This document shows positions 49,902 through 64,000 of a stretch of 64,000 nt of DNA, in pieces. The notes below the pieces were generated by a model. It was not told the origin of the DNA and did no database searches. It saw only the letters and a program-made list of their open reading frames with translations. The DNA is taken from assembly GCA_964016885.1 (NCBI GenBank), contig OZ024747.1, positions 49,476,001 to 49,540,000 of the forward strand, read 5' to 3'. This stretch comes from Eledone cirrhosa (taxonomy: Eukaryota). Numbering within the stretch: position 1 is the first letter of the stretch; every line of letters begins with the position of its first letter. The translations under genes were made by a program, and so were the position numbers.

Positions 49902-52584
49902 AAACAGTAATATTCCTCCACCACTTACAATTTTAATACTCTGTGAAGTGTTGGGCCTTCTGATTCTATTAGTAGTATTAACTAACTCTGAAACCACCCT
50001 TCCCGCATCAAATTCTTATTATAGCACTTCCCTGCACCATGTCATCTCTGTCTACTCTTACCCCCATTCCATCAAACAATTCATGCTTGTTTTCCTTCAC
50101 ATCTGATCATGATGATAATGAAAGGACTGGGAACCCCCCTCCCTCATTAAAACACAGAAGAAACCTCATATGAGGCCAGCTAAACCTGTAAAATGTGAGT
50201 AGTAATGCATCATGATATCATAAGTGATTATAGGAATGGAGCTCCTATCATGAATGCAATGTGAGCCATTAACACCTGATTTGCCATATTTCCTCATGCC
50301 TTCCCATGTACAACCTTATATATAAACAGTAAATAAATAAATGATAGGACGGGGAAGAAGGGGGATATTAAAACACCTGAGAAACCTCTAATAAGAAGCA
50401 ATCCTATCAACTAAACCTGCAAAGTGCCAGTTATAACAACACCTTGTGATGTGCCTTATTTCCTCATGCCTTCACATGTGCAGACATCTATAACAGGAAA
50501 TTTAACATAGTGGTTAATGCACTCACCCAGTATCTGAGAGATGTGGGGTTCAATTTTTCACAGTCAATTTTTTTCCATGTCTCTAGGGGTCTTTTAGTCG
50601 ATTTTCTCAACTATTATTTATAATGATTCACATTATCATTATAGTCAATTGTTTTAGATTGGACACATTTCAAATTGCAATATTTTAAAATTAATCTAAC
50701 TGTAGATCAAGCAATAAAATATAAAAGTTCAGTATTGTCAAAACTGGTTAAACAAGTGTGAGCAGTTGTATAATTAAAGAAAACATACTTTAAGTATATT
50801 TTCAAAGGCCCCTCCTCCTCCATTACATTAACATAAATATCAAATTAAAAAGGAAAAAAAGGCAAGTGTTAAAATGGGTGGAATCATGAAAGAACAATCA
50901 TTTAGAGAATAACAAAAGTTTTTCAAATCTAATTCCTTTTTACTGTAAACCATGCCAAAAATAGAGTGCATTGAGTGGGATGTGATGTGTGTACATTTTG
51001 TACATTCTCTGAAGTGGTTGGTGTTTGTAAAGACATTCAGTCATTGAAACCATGCAGAAAATTGGAATGTACAAACAAGTCATAGTCCTACGACCTAACT
51101 AAGGCAGTAACTGCAAATAAAAACTGATTAAGACCATAACAACGCATCCAACTCATGTCAGCATGGAAAAAATATATATAAAACTGATGATGGTGATGAT
51201 GATTGCTACCCTCTCACCCTGATAGACTGGAACTAGGATCAATATCCGGAACGGAATTGAATAAAATGGTGTGGAGTTTGTATCCTCAGCAACATTAGTT
51301 GAAGTGCTGCTAGATTTCTAGTCTTTACAACATTTCTTACACTGCTCTGGCTTCTGTTGTTTATCTTTAGTTACATAATCTCTCAAATCAATATTGGATT
51401 TATTCATTGTTAAGTGTTCAAAGTATTTTCTTGGATACTGCCTCAAGTTAGAATCTTCAAAGTTATACAAAATTTGACATTGATTACCAGAACTCATGAC
51501 AGTTGAAAGATCATACAACTACCAATAAAACAAGAAATACTAGAACAGGAAAACCTTTTGATACTAAACTGCCTGAAACTGCCCCTGCTTCTACAATACA
51601 AAGCTGTTTATTTTAAAGTGTTTATATAAAAACCTTCCATTTTATGTAAGAACCTTGATTAAGAGTTCTTCTGAACACCAACTTAATTATATTATTGAAT
51701 CTTTCCAAATACTGGATTATTTTCAGTATCATTAGAAATATGATTAAAAATAATAATAATCAGAACAGAAATAGAGATAATGTAAGAGGAGCTGTAATTA
51801 AGTAATTATCATCATTGTTGTTTTTACATCCACTTTTCTATATTGACATGGGTTGGCTGAAACGTTTTTCCTCTTGTATCTCTACATCTTGTAAGAAGCA
51901 ACTAAAAGGGGTAGGGTCAGGAAGGGCATTCAGCTGTAAAACATTACCTCAAAACGTCCTGCTCAAACTAACCATGCCAGCATGGAAAGGTTGACATAAA
52001 AATGATTCTAAGTGGTCAGGACTTAAGTAGAATTTACTAAAATTATCTTTTATCCTTCAGATGAATAATATTTGTTAACAAAATATTTTTTTATAAAATT
52101 ATGTTGGAAGGTTCTAATTTAAATGGTAATTTGGGGTGGGTTAGTGTTAAAAGGCTTAATGAGAAAAGTTAGTCACTAAAACCCTCCAACTTCTTGATTA
52201 ATTTCAAAATTAATTGAAAATCAGGCATTGTCTTTCATTAGAAATATGGAAATGAAAGAGTGAATTCATTATTTTATTTTTTTCTAATTGCTATGGCTTT
52301 GTCTTCTAGAATACATTGTCACTTTCTGAATCATTTTAGCAGGCACTGTGTAAAACTCTGCAACGACAGGCATAAATTGCAGTAGACATTAACTAGATCT
52401 ACTGCTGGTGTATTGATATGTTGTTATAGGCAACATAATCTGATATTATCCTGTCATCTTTGATAATTCAAATCTCACAAGTGCTATGAAACTATATATG
52501 GAAATATGAGTAGTGTTGGGACAGCGTACAGATAAGTGTTATTATATATAGCTGTATATATGCGTGTTGAATGTCTCTCTCTCT

Positions 52585-52952
52585 ATCATCATTGTTTTAC
52601 GTCCATTCTTCCATGCTAGCATGGGTTAGACGGGTTGTCGTGTTGTGGGCAGTGTCCAGTCGGCTGACCATGTCTTGCTCATACAGGAACTGATTCTAGC
52701 TTGATTTCTACAGCTGGATGCACTTCCTAACACCAACCTCATTTACAGTGAGTGCTGGGTGCTTTTTTCTGTGGCGCCTACACGTCCACTTTACAGTGTG
52801 GGCTGGGTGCTTTTTTGCTGTCGCACCTCCACGATCACTTTGCAGTGGGAGGGTGTGGGGGCATATTGTCTATATGCTTCAGCTTGTTCCTGTGGGGGGT
52901 CAGGTCTTCTGTATTACTGCGTGACGCCAGAGGTCATGGTCGTGTGTCATTG
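52585..52952 (-). mobile_element. RTE LINE 3' end fragment
   Basis: Matches 11491-11810. Confidence 0.85.
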
Positions 52953-53125
52953 TTGCTATATATATATATACACACGTAATTTTCTTATATAGGTATGTCA
53001 ATGTATACGTGTATGTATTTGTACAATAAAGCTGTGTTAAGAAATAAGTGTGGAATTTTCAATTTCGTAGATTTCTTTAGATATTCATATATATAGATAT
53101 GTGTGATTATATATAGTTGTATATA

Positions 53126-54388
53126 CGAGGGGGGATCAAAAAGTTCGCGGAATTTTATCGTAGCAAGAAAAAAATCAGGTTAAAACAATATTAAACATGT
53201 CAGAACATTGTCACTGGGTGTGTTTACCTTGCTATTAGTGAGTTGCAGTCAGTTATGCGCAAACTATTGTACAGTACTGACACTCTTTAAAAAACCTCTT
53301 TTTGGAACAATGGAAAATAGTTATTTTGAGATAAGATCGAATATCAAGTTTCTGGTGAAACTCAAATTATGGAGGCTTTAGTTAAAGTTTACGGTACTAC
53401 TGCTCCAAAGAAAACTGCTGTCTACAAGTGGATTCAGTGATTCAAACAAGTGAGAGACGACCATCGCAGTGGAAGACCAGGAACATCAAAAAATGACCAA
53501 AACGTTGAGGCTGCTCAGACTTTAATTGAAGAAGATAGAAAAATAACAGTTAATCAGTTAGCTAAGTCCCTAGACATTTCATATGGTTCGGCAAATTCAA
53601 TTCTGCATGATCATTTGGGACTAAGCAAGCTTTCAGCGCGATGGGTCCCAAAAGCGTTGCGCCCTGATCAGCTGATTCTTTGAAGTGATCTGTCTTTGGC
53701 GATATTAAACAAAATTGAAGTTGATGAAGAGCATTTCCTAACCAGAATCATCACCGGAGATGAAACCTGGATCTACCAGTATGATCCTGAATCCAAACAG
53801 CAGTCAAAACAGTGGCTTCCACGTGGATCATCGGGGCCAATTAAGTTCAAATCTCAAAAGTCGGATCAAAAAGTGATGGCCACCATTTTCTGGGATTCAG
53901 ATGGGGTGATACTAATAGATTATCTTGAAGGTCAAAGAACTGTGACAGGAACTTACTATGCAAATGTTTTAAAGAAACGAAAAGGGAAACTTCATGGTGG
54001 GATCTTGTTTCACCATGACAATGCACCAGCACATTCTGCGCGAGTTGCAAAAGAAGTTCTTTGAGAATTTTGATGGGAAGTGCTTCCTCACCCGCCTTAT
54101 AGTCCAGATTTAGCCCCATCAGACTTTTTCCTCTTTCCAAAACTCAAAGAAATGCTAAAAGGAACCTGTTTTAGTGGTGTTGAAGAAGCTAAAAACACTG
54201 CCAACACATGGCTTCGAACAAGGCCTTCAACTTTCTTTAGAGACGGCTTACGAAGCTGGAAGCATTGCCTTGTGAAGTGTATTGACCTGGATGGCAACTA
54301 TGTAGAAAAATAAATTGAAGGTAAATCATATTTTTTGAAAAATAGATTATTTTCTGAAAAATTCTGCGAACTTTTTGATCCCCCCTCA
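53126..54388 (+). mobile_element. Near full-length mariner (D,D34D), inactivated
   Basis: TA flanks; ~31-bp TIR CGAGGGGGGATCAAAAAGTTCGCGGAATTTT; motifs SARWVPK, ITGDETW, HHDNA, HPPYSPDLAPSDFFLF; in-frame stops and deletions. Confidence 0.95.
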
Positions 54389-54599
54389 TATGTGTTGAAT
54401 GTATGTCTATATATATACGTAATTTTCTTATATAGGTATGTATATGTGTATGTATTTGCATGCGATAAAGCTGTGTTAAGAGACGCTGATGCAAGTGAAC
54501 TAATCATTTGCAACACTAACTTCAAGAAACCTACCAACCAGGCGAGCACATAAGCCAAATTGACTTCTTACTAGTTAGGCAACGAGACAGACAGATGGT

Positions 54600-56745
54600 G
54601 TCAAATACTAAGATATACCCCGGGGAAGAATGTATCCCCTAACATAGGTTAGTCGTTAGTGACATCTCAATAAGCAAGAGACAAAATAAGATACACAGGA
54701 AGGTGTGGAAAAGGAAGGACTGAAAGCTAAAAGACCTTTCACTAAAATATAAATTCAGGAAAGCTCTTCAAGATGTGTATGACGAAAAAGAAGATGAGTT
54801 AGAATCGTATTACATAGATGATAACTGGAAGTTCTTAAGTGACGACTTTCTGCAGGTTACTTAAGAGTCTTGTGGTTGGATCTCTGCTCCAGCCTGAGGG
54901 TGACCTGGTGGAGGAACAGCATGGTAGATAGAGCCATTAAAGACAAAAGACTAGCATGGAAGACTTGGAAAAATGGTGGGACTAGAGACCAATACTCAGC
55001 CACTAAAAGAGAGGCTAGATGTCAGGTGTACTTAGCATGCAGGGAAGCTGAGAGTAGGATGTTTGCCAATGTTCTGCAACGAGAAGATCAGAGATGTGCA
55101 GTGTTTCGCATTACAGTGTCAGTGTAAATCAGGATGTTGTTGGAGATAAGTGTGTCCGAAATGATGCTGGTGCACTTAGTGTCACTGACGCTCAGAAAAA
55201 GGAGGCCTGGAAATGTTATTATGAGACACTGGTGAATGTTGAGAATGAATGGGAAAGAAACTACCCACAGTAGACCTGACAGAGGTTTGAGATTGACGAC
55301 TATAGGGTCAAAGGGGCAATTAAGGAAATGAAAAGTGGTAAGATCGCTAAACAGTTAGCGATAGTTGCTGAGATGCTGAAGGCATCAGGAAAAATAGGAA
55401 CTAAAATGGTTGCACACATCGTCAATCAAGCTATATATGGTGGAGGCATACACAAAGACTGGTGCAGCGGTATTCTTATAAATTGCTACAAAGGTAATGG
55501 AGATGCTCTGGAGAGGAGCAATTATGGGGGCATAAAACTGATGGATCAGGTTATGAAAGTCACAGAAAGAGTGCTAGCGCAACTAATTAGAGAAAGGGTC
55601 AAATTAGATGAGATATAGTTTGGTTTTGTGCCTGGGAAAAGTACAACAGACGCCCTCTAAGTGAGACAACTACAAGAGAGGTTCTTAGAGAAGAATAAGC
55701 TATTATATTTAGCTTTTGTTGACCAGAGAAGGTCTTTGATAGGGTACTCCGATCTGTCATCTGGTGGTCTCTGAGGAAACTAGGTGCAGAGGAATGGCTT
55801 GTGAGGACAGTGCAAGCTATATACAGAGGTGCTGTCAGTAAAGTGAGAATAGGAATGGAGTTTAGTGAGGAATTCTAGATACATGTAGGAGTACATAAAG
55901 GTTCGGTCCTCAGCTCACTCATTCATTATAGTTCTCCAAGCCATAACAGAGGAGTTTAAGACTGGCTGCCCATGAGAACTTCTCTATGCTGACGATCTGG
56001 TATTTATAGCAGAATCAGCAGTTGGAATCAAGAGGACTGAGAATGAATCTAGCTACAGCTAAAGTGTTGATAAGTAGGAAAGAGGACAAAACTCTGATTC
56101 CATCAGGGAAATGGCCATGTTCGATATGTAGAAAAGGAGTTGGCATAAATTCTATAGAATGTACACAATGCAGATCTTGGGTACACAAGAGATGTAGTGG
56201 GATAACAGGCAAACTAACAGGTAAGGAAAACTACATATGCACTAGTTGTTCAGGGAAATTTGACAGTAGAAGTCGCAGTGATAGACACATTTTTCAAATG
56301 CAGGTAGGATCTATAGAGGTGGTTGATAGCTTCCAATACCTAGGTGATCAGATTAGCAAGGGAGCAGGATTCTCTGAGGCCATAGTATCTAGAATAAGGA
56401 CGGGTTGGAAGAAGTTTAGAGAGCTATTTCCTCTGTTGACAAAGAAGGGTTTCTCCTTACAAACGAAAGGTTGGTTATATGATGCCTGTATCAGATGCAC
56501 GATGCTGCATGGTAGTGAGACATGGGCAGCAACTGTGGGGGATATGTGATGGCTGAAGAGAAATGAAGCAAGTTTGTTCCGATGGATGTGCAATGTCAAT
56601 GTGTGTGAACGACCAAGCATAGACGAGTTGAGAAAGAAACTGTAGTGTGCGGGAGAGAAGACTTGTATTGGTATGGACATGTGATGCGCATGGCGGATGA
56701 CCGCTGGGTAAAGAAGTGCCAAGGAATCCCAGTAGAAGGAAGATA
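54600..56745 (+). mobile_element. Older divergent RTE LINE copy
   Basis: NYGGIKLMDQVMKV, LYADDL, WPCSICRKGVG..WVHKRCSGI, MLHGSETW; many stops. Confidence 0.9.
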
Positions 56746-57791
56746 CAGTCTTATCAGGAAAAGATTAAAATCCCACTGAACTGGAAGCCAGTCTATTTCA
56801 AGAGTTAACTCTCAGTATCTTGGCCAAGGACACAATGCATTGTCCAGTCCACGAATCAAATCCACAACATTATGATCATAATCCAACATCCTAACCACAC
56901 AAAAAAATATTTTAATTGTTTCTAACAAAGGCACTACATCACAAGTGTGTGTGTGTGTGGTGGTGGTAGGCTACTGAAATCAACCCCTTGTACTTCATTT
57001 CATCAACCCAGTTAGTGACTTTTGCTACTAACTGTGACGTCCCATTCACACAAATACACATACTTTCACACAAATACACATACATTCACACAAACACACA
57101 CATACATTTACACAAGCACACACATACAGTCATGATAGCGTTCGGTGAATTGGAAATGGGAGGGTAAAAGTACAACTTTTTATTTATTTATTAACAACAC
57201 AGTTTAATTCTTATTTTTTTAAAATTCATTTGTATAAAAATTTAATATAATGATTACAGAACGAAAACACTAACAAATATAATATATACAAAGGAAAGGG
57301 AAAGGAAAAAAAAGAGAAAAAATACACACATCTTAGACCCCATAGAACAATATGCAGGCGAAAGAATGGAAAAACGAGACGCTACCAGAGCAATGAATGG
57401 GTGGACAGAAGTCCCTCAAATTTATATACATGTGAATGGAGTTCTACTGAAGCAGTTAGAGAAGTTCAAGTATATTGAGGCATTAGAATGTCTCAGTAAA
57501 GAATCGCTGGACACATTTTACAGGCAAAACCAACTGTCAAAAGACCCAGAGGTAGACCCTGAGCAAGATAGTTGGATAACATCCATGAGTTTGGCTGGTC
57601 ATGCTTTAGGATCCAGCTGCATCAGTTAGAGATGTTTGCTTCTGACAGACTCGCTGGAAGGAGTGTCTGAGAAGGACTCTGCCTCCATGACCCTCTCAGA
57701 AATAAGTGGGCGAAGAAGAAGAAATTGTCAATTTACTTTTCAATTTACATATATATATTTGCGTATAATACCAATATGCACACTACATATG

Positions 57792-57829
57792 CTAGCAGAA
57801 AACCGCCCTAAGGGCGGTTTTTCTGCTAG
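57792..57829. repeat. 38-bp GC-cored near-perfect palindrome with CTAG ends
   Basis: CTAGCAGAAAACCGCCCT-AAGGGCGGTTTTTCTGCTAG. Confidence 0.85.
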
Positions 57830-58471
57830 TGTATTTTAATAAAGGATGTACTGTGCTTAGTGTTTATGTCAACCTGACAAGAGATAGTAAAATTTGGAAG
57901 AAAAGGATAAATTACAAAAAACAAACCTTCTAATCACAAACACACACACAAACTTACAAGGCATAAAGTGCTATGCTGTGGGATTGAACCCCCAAATCAT
58001 GTGCTTTTCAAGCAAATTCCTTAGTCACACAGTCATGATTTTTTTGAAGTCTCACAAAGTACAATTGGAACGATTTAATAGATATTCATGTTATCATTTG
58101 ACCTGCAAGAAATAGCAGCTAAATCTCCACTGCATGATCATGATTAAATGACATCAATAACTGGTACTTAATGCTACCCTGAATTGAAGCAAATTTTGAT
58201 CCTGAAAAAGCAAGTCAAAGCTACATTAAAGACATCTATTCTGAACACATGCTACTTAGTCCAAGAATCAAACCCACAGCTTTCACATTCATAAAATAAG
58301 TACCAGTTATTGGTATCATGCAGTCATAATATATCTTTTGAGGAGAGCCTTGTAAAGGTGTCTGTGCCATGTATACAGTAGATAGCGATAGTTTTAGTTG
58401 TAAGATGTTCCACAGAGAGGCGGTAGAGTCAAACATAAAATACTGTACAATTTATTTATTGGCATATTTAA

Positions 58472-58662
58472 CCCTTTAGCATTTACATTACTCTAGATAT
58501 ACTATATTTTCATGGTAAAGGTTTTATGTCACATAATATTGAATCTATGAGATTTTGATATTTATTTTGAGAAAAATACCTTAATGTCATTATGTGCAGC
58601 GGTTACAGCCGGTTTGAACAGAAAGAGGTGAGAAAATTCTGGCTGGATAAAATACTAAAGGG
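58472..58662. mobile_element. piggyBac-type MITE family A
   Basis: TTAA-CCCTTTAGCATTTACATTA ... CTAAAGGG-TTAA. Confidence 0.85.
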
Positions 58663-59310
58663 TTAAAACAGTTGTTTGGTGTAACTGGGTTTAGCTGACT
58701 TCCTAAGAGGTTGCATTTCATAAGAGTTTTATTGGGTGCTTTAATGAGAGAGGGAGGGGAGCAGTCCTATCATGAAAAGCAATATTAAATGCAGTGTCTT
58801 GCTCAAAAACAGAAGTGTCTGGCCCAGGAATTGAACGGCATGACTTTATGATTGTTAGCCCAACACTCTGACTACTACATTGCCCACCATCATATAACAC
58901 ATCATGAAATTATCTAGATACATTACTTTGGAAAATAGAAATAGCATTTTCAATGACTGCTGGCTATTTTCAGTTTTACAATACACACTAACCTGACTTA
59001 TACACAATTATAGATTCTCAACCAATATCCAAAACTTTAGATAAGAGGCTGATTCTAACATTCTTGATAAAAATATGTATTTAAGTATACAGCATAGCTG
59101 TATGGTTGAGTAGTTTAATTGGCAACCACATGGTTTCATGTTGATTCCCACTGCGTATCACCTTAAGCAAGTGTCTTCTACTATAGCTGCAGGCTGATCA
59201 ATGCCCCATGAAAGTTGGCAGATTGAAACTGCAGAAGATCGCTATATATGTGTGTATGTTCCCATGTGTTGGTGTTTATGTCCCATAATTTAGTAAGTTA
59301 AAATAAAATA

Positions 59311-60270
59311 CAGTGATACCTCGCAGTACAAGTTTAATTCGTTCCATGACTGAGCTGATTTTACGATCTACTCGTTTTACAAATCAATTTTCCTCACTGA
59401 AATTAATTAAAATATAAGTAATCTGGTCCATCACCCCCGAGACCACCCAAAAATCATTTTTTAATGGGTTTTAAAACAGTTAACAGTTACAAGGAAAATG
59501 ACAATTATAAAAACATAAAAGAGAATGCATAAGAAATATGTAAACTAGTTTTATTAATTTAATTACCTTAAAGATGGAACAATTTGTGCACAAGGAAGAT
59601 GATGGAGTGGGGAGGAGGAGGATTATTGTTTGGAAGGAGAATCTCCTTCCATTAAGACTTCAGGGACAACAATTTCTGGCGTTTTCTCTCTCACTTCGCT
59701 TAATTTAGGCTTTTTGGACACACTTGCTTCACTTTTCACACATTCAGGTCGTTTCATTAGAAACATATCAAGAAAAGTCTGCTTTTTCCTGCCTTTCAAA
59801 ATGTTACGGAAATGCGCCAGAGCAATGTCATTAAATAAAGCAGCTGCACGACCTGTAGATACTTTTTCAGGATGATTTTTTCCCCTACAAATTCAGAAAC
59901 ATCATTCCATTTTACCAACACTACCTTTATGTCACTCATAGAGATAGCCATCTCTGATATGTTCTCCACCGGGGAACCAATCTCTTCCACTAAATATTAC
60001 AAAATAATAACAAATAACGCACAAAACTTTAGAAAAAAAGAAAAGAAAAAAATAGTGATGCTGCCACAATGAGATAGACACGTGAACTGAACAAGCAGAG
60101 ACTGCACCTGTTGGGAGAGCGTATGCAAGCTCACCGACTAGCGGTTGCTTGTATAAAATTTGCTTGTACTGCAAATTTCCACTCGTCTACAAGACAAAAA
60201 TTTGCACGAGCCTTGGCTCGTACAGCAAACTACTTGTACAATGGGGCACTCGTACTGCGAGGTTCTACTG
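59311..60270 (-). mobile_element. Non-autonomous Tigger/pogo-type element (960 bp) with transposase C-terminal remnant
   Basis: TA flanks; TIRs CAGTGATACCTCGCAGTACAAGT and CAGTAGAACCTCGCAGTACGAGT; remnant KWNDVSEFV..HPEKVSTGRAAALFNDIALAHFRNILKGRKKQTFLD. Confidence 0.85.
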
Positions 60271-61589
60271 TAATAATATAAAAGAGCTTGATAAACGTAT
60301 CAAACTTGAAAAAATAAGCACTGAGGTTGATGTACTCAACTAAATCCTTGAGGTATACCCCAGCATAGCCACAGCCTAATGAAAGAAATCAATAAAAGAA
60401 AATTCTCCCTGGTGTAATCTTAAAATTACACTGTTCAGATTATATGGAGTGAAGAGGAAATCATAAGATAACTCTTGGCACAAATGTCACTAAGTTGGCT
60501 ATTACTGAGAAATGTTTCAGTATACTTATTATGTACACACATTAAACTGTTTTAAAACCATAAATTAACCATCATACTTTTTAATGACCCCATAGTTCAC
60601 TTAGATGGCTTTTTTTAAAATCAATATTGAAAGATCTGTGTATAATCTAGTTTCTCCAAAAGAACACAAGATATAATTTTGATATTTATTGTATTTCTCT
60701 GCAAGCATGGCTGAGTGGTTGAAGAGTTTGCTCCACAACCAGCCATTATGATGGAAAGTTTTTAGATAAATATGAATGTCTAAATTTTATTCATACCCAT
60801 ATTTCTAATGAAATAAACCACATTTCAATTAATTAAATAAGAATTGGTAGGAATTTACTAAAATTGTCAAGATGGTATAAAAGAAATTGTTATTAAAATG
60901 GTACTTGTAACATAATAAATGGTTCTTATATCAAATTATGTTGGAAAATTCTCTTTTAAATATGAACATTTTAAAATGAGTAGTTTTATACCATAAATGG
61001 GGGTGAGGGCAGATTGGTAATGAAATCATCTTATGTATGCTTTCCATGTTGTCATGGTTTCTACAGCTAGGTGTTCTTCCTAATGCCAACCACTTTCAGT
61101 GTATTAGGTGCATTTATTGTGACACCAGTACTACAACTTTAGAGAATACTGGGTGTATTTTATTGTGGCTCCAGCATTGGCACATTATAAAGGGCACTGG
61201 GTGCATTTTATTGTGGTACTAGCACTACCACCTTACAGAGTGTATTGGCTCCATTTTACCAAAGCATCAGCACTAGATAGTCATATGCTCAGCCAGAGCA
61301 AAGAGCCCTCTCTAAGCTGCTAAAATATTATTACCAGCTCCAACATATGCTATGAGAGTATATATCTTAGGAGGTTTCTCAGGTGTTTTAATGAGAGATC
61401 CTCAGTTCTATTAAAGTAAATTAGACCTGATTCCTGTTAAAGTTAAACAGTTTTGAATTGTAGAACCAGGTGTTTTAATATGAAAAAGGGTTAATCCAGA
61501 AAAATAATTGTTACAGATCATTATAGCTAAGTCTTTTCATTAGTAATAGAGAAAAATAGAGCAGAGGGAGAACTAGTTAGCAAATTAGA

Positions 61590-64000
61590 CAAAGTGCTTA
61601 TTAAAGGCATCGCGACCGACGTGCTTGCAGCAAAATTGCCCTTGACCAATTTTTAAACGCAAAGCACAAAGGGACGAAAGTCGTTCGATGGGCCCGGGTG
61701 GCGGAGGCGCGTCGTGGCAACAAAGCAATGATCCGATCTTTGGCGGACCACGACAGCCGCGTGTGATTCGATCCATGGCAGATGTGTGCGGCTTTTCAGC
61801 GACACTTTGCTCAGCTGTTCGACGGACTGCCGCGCTCTCGGCCACTGAGGCGGAGTGTTGCAAAAAGCCGATAACAGCTGCTGAAGTACGGGAGGCAATG
61901 ACAGACAGCACAATGGGTAAATCGCCTGGTTTGGATGGTCTGCCCTACAAACTTTACAACAGACTTGTTCGGAGACCTCTTGGCAGATGTCTACTGCAAC
62001 TGGCAGCAGAACGGGAGAATTCCCAGTTTTGTGAGCCGAGGAGCGGTGGCGCTGCTGAGAAATGATCCGAACAAGGGGAATAACATAAATAATTTCAGGC
62101 CCATAACTCTGCTAAACACAGAATTCAAGATTTTGGCCAAGGTGCTAGCAAAGAGGTTGGCGCTTGTCATCGGTGGTCTGGTGGGAGAGGCGCAGACATG
62201 CGCCATTCCAGACAGATCCATCCAAGACAACCTCCACCTCATGCGATACATTGTGAAGAGGGTAGCTAGGGAACCTGGCACTGGTGGGTCCTTGATCAAT
62301 TTAGATAAGTCGAAAGCTTTCGATAGGGTCAACCATCGTTATCTGGAGGCAGTCTTGAAGGCAGCTGGCTTTGGGCCTGTTTCAGAGGCTGGATTGCTGC
62401 CATTGCACAGCGACATCTGCTCTGTGGTGAGAGTGAATGGTCACTTTTCGGAACCATCAACATCATGTGCTTGGTCCGCCAAGGATGTCCCCTCTCGTCC
62501 CTGTTGTACGTATTGACTCTTGAGCCATTACTGCACAAACTGAAGACGTTGAGGGGAGTCCCTCACGAATTGGGATGTGGGAGAACCGTGTCAGCATATG
62601 CAGACGACATCACCATAGTGGTGTCAAACGCCAAACACATTGAAGCGATTGGCACCACACTAAGAGAATACGAGGCGGTGACAGGAGCAATGATCAACCA
62701 GGAAAAGTCGGTGGGCTTGCAGCTCGGCACCTGGAGAGGCAGGTCCATGCCGTCCAACAGCATTGTCGGACGCTGGACGGATGGACCGGTTAAATTGCTA
62801 GGTTCGGTCTGGACGTCCAGATGGACAAAACTTGGGACAAAATGACGAGCAGGGTGGCCTCTCTCACCCAGAAATGGGCTGAGAGGAAGCTATCCCTGAA
62901 AGGTCGAGCCTTGTCCTAATCCTCGCCCAACTGCATTGGAGCGTGTGCTCTTTCGCTTTTTGTGGAAGGGACGTGCTTCGATGGTCAGGTGGTCCAGCTG
63001 CTGTCAACACCCGCTACGCGGAAGGTTGAGCATGCCGTGGCAGATAATGTGCCGACATGTGCTCAGGCTATGGCATCTCCACCTCTTCCTCAACGGTGAT
63101 CAGGTGTGGTCGCCGTTTGCTAGACGCTTGTTTCCCCAGCTCGTCTCTTTGACGGAACTGCAGTCCTGGGCCAAGCGAAGACTGAGAGGGAGCGCTTGGA
63201 GACTGGAATGTCTTCAGGCGCTTACAACCCTCGACCAGTCTGGCAATACGATTGGTGGAAACTCCACATTGGCGTTCTATAAAGGGTTAGTGGAGGGAAA
63301 GAGCAACGACATCCTTGGGGAGACTGGGTGTTGATGAAAATGAACTAGCCAATCTCTTCGGGAGAACTTTCGGGCTGGGGCTCATTGACAACTTCCAGAA
63401 ATCCCTGGCCTGGCAGTGCTACCGAGGAACCTTGCCAGTTCGGGATAAACTTTACAGTCATGGAAGTGCTGTCAGCCAGGCCTGTCCGAGATGCGCACGG
63501 GGTGACTAAACCGTCCTGCACACACTCATCCAGTGTCTGAGCATTGCTGACTTGTGGGTTTATGTCGAACACCTGCTGTCGCATGTAGGATGGATCTGGC
63601 TATCAGCTGAGTCCATTGTGAGGATTGCCCCACCGCCTTCCTTTATCCGGGAAGGGCAGGCAGTTTTTATCTGCCTGGTGGCCATGGTAAAAGAGATTGT
63701 ATGGCGGACACGTCAAAGTGTTGAAGACGAGTACTATCCTCTTCGGTGACGCCTTCACCTGAAAAATATATCAGGGTGGAGCGCTGCCTTCCAACCAGTT
63801 TGTTGAAAGATGGGTGAGAGAGGCAAGAATGGCCCGTGTGAATGGGCCTGCTCTGAGTGTGTGCCTGTAGCATCGTAGGAGGAAAACTGGAAGAGGGCAC
63901 TTCCCTTAGTGGTCAGGGTAACCATGGCTTTTTTGTGGGCTTTTTCCACGAGTGATCCTTGGAAGTCTCCTCCTATTGGGGAATTTTTCATTGCTTCTTT
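61590..64000 (+). mobile_element. L1/Tx1-clade LINE ORF2, 5'-truncated and frameshifted; runs off the window
   Basis: KSPGLDGLP, FRPITLLNTEFKILAKVLAKRL, KAFDRVNH, VRQGCPLS, AYADD, C-terminal CPRC..H..C knuckle; sharp GC increase. Confidence 0.92.

Noticed and set aside
43179-64000. Upstream DCAF15 exons or promoter
   Set aside because: No segment resembling GHIFLGF..YWW was found by eye; probably beyond the window, though a small exon could have been missed.

Overview
AT-rich, repeat-dense animal genomic DNA. The SINE/RTE-LINE repertoire looks like an octopus or other coleoid cephalopod, which is an inference from recalled repeat families. The window lies inside one large minus-strand gene, DCAF15 (CRL4 substrate receptor). 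I traced eight phase-consistent GT-AG coding exons by hand (43178 down to 320); the N- and C-terminal exons were not found and probably lie outside the window. One 1476-bp exon encodes a greatly expanded Cys/His/Asn/Ser-rich linker. The introns hold RTE LINEs, an L1/Tx1-type LINE, a CRE-like fragment, two mariners, a Tigger, a piggyBac nested in a LINE with a matching MITE family, Helitron-like pieces, three SINE families and satellites. The most notable signal missed by the ORF track is a set of about seven minimal type I hammerhead ribozyme motifs of Penelope/retrozyme type, with palindromic helix III. Several sit in fold-back palindromes or inversions whose junctions coincide with helix II. 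Most short ORFs in the track are repeat artefacts.
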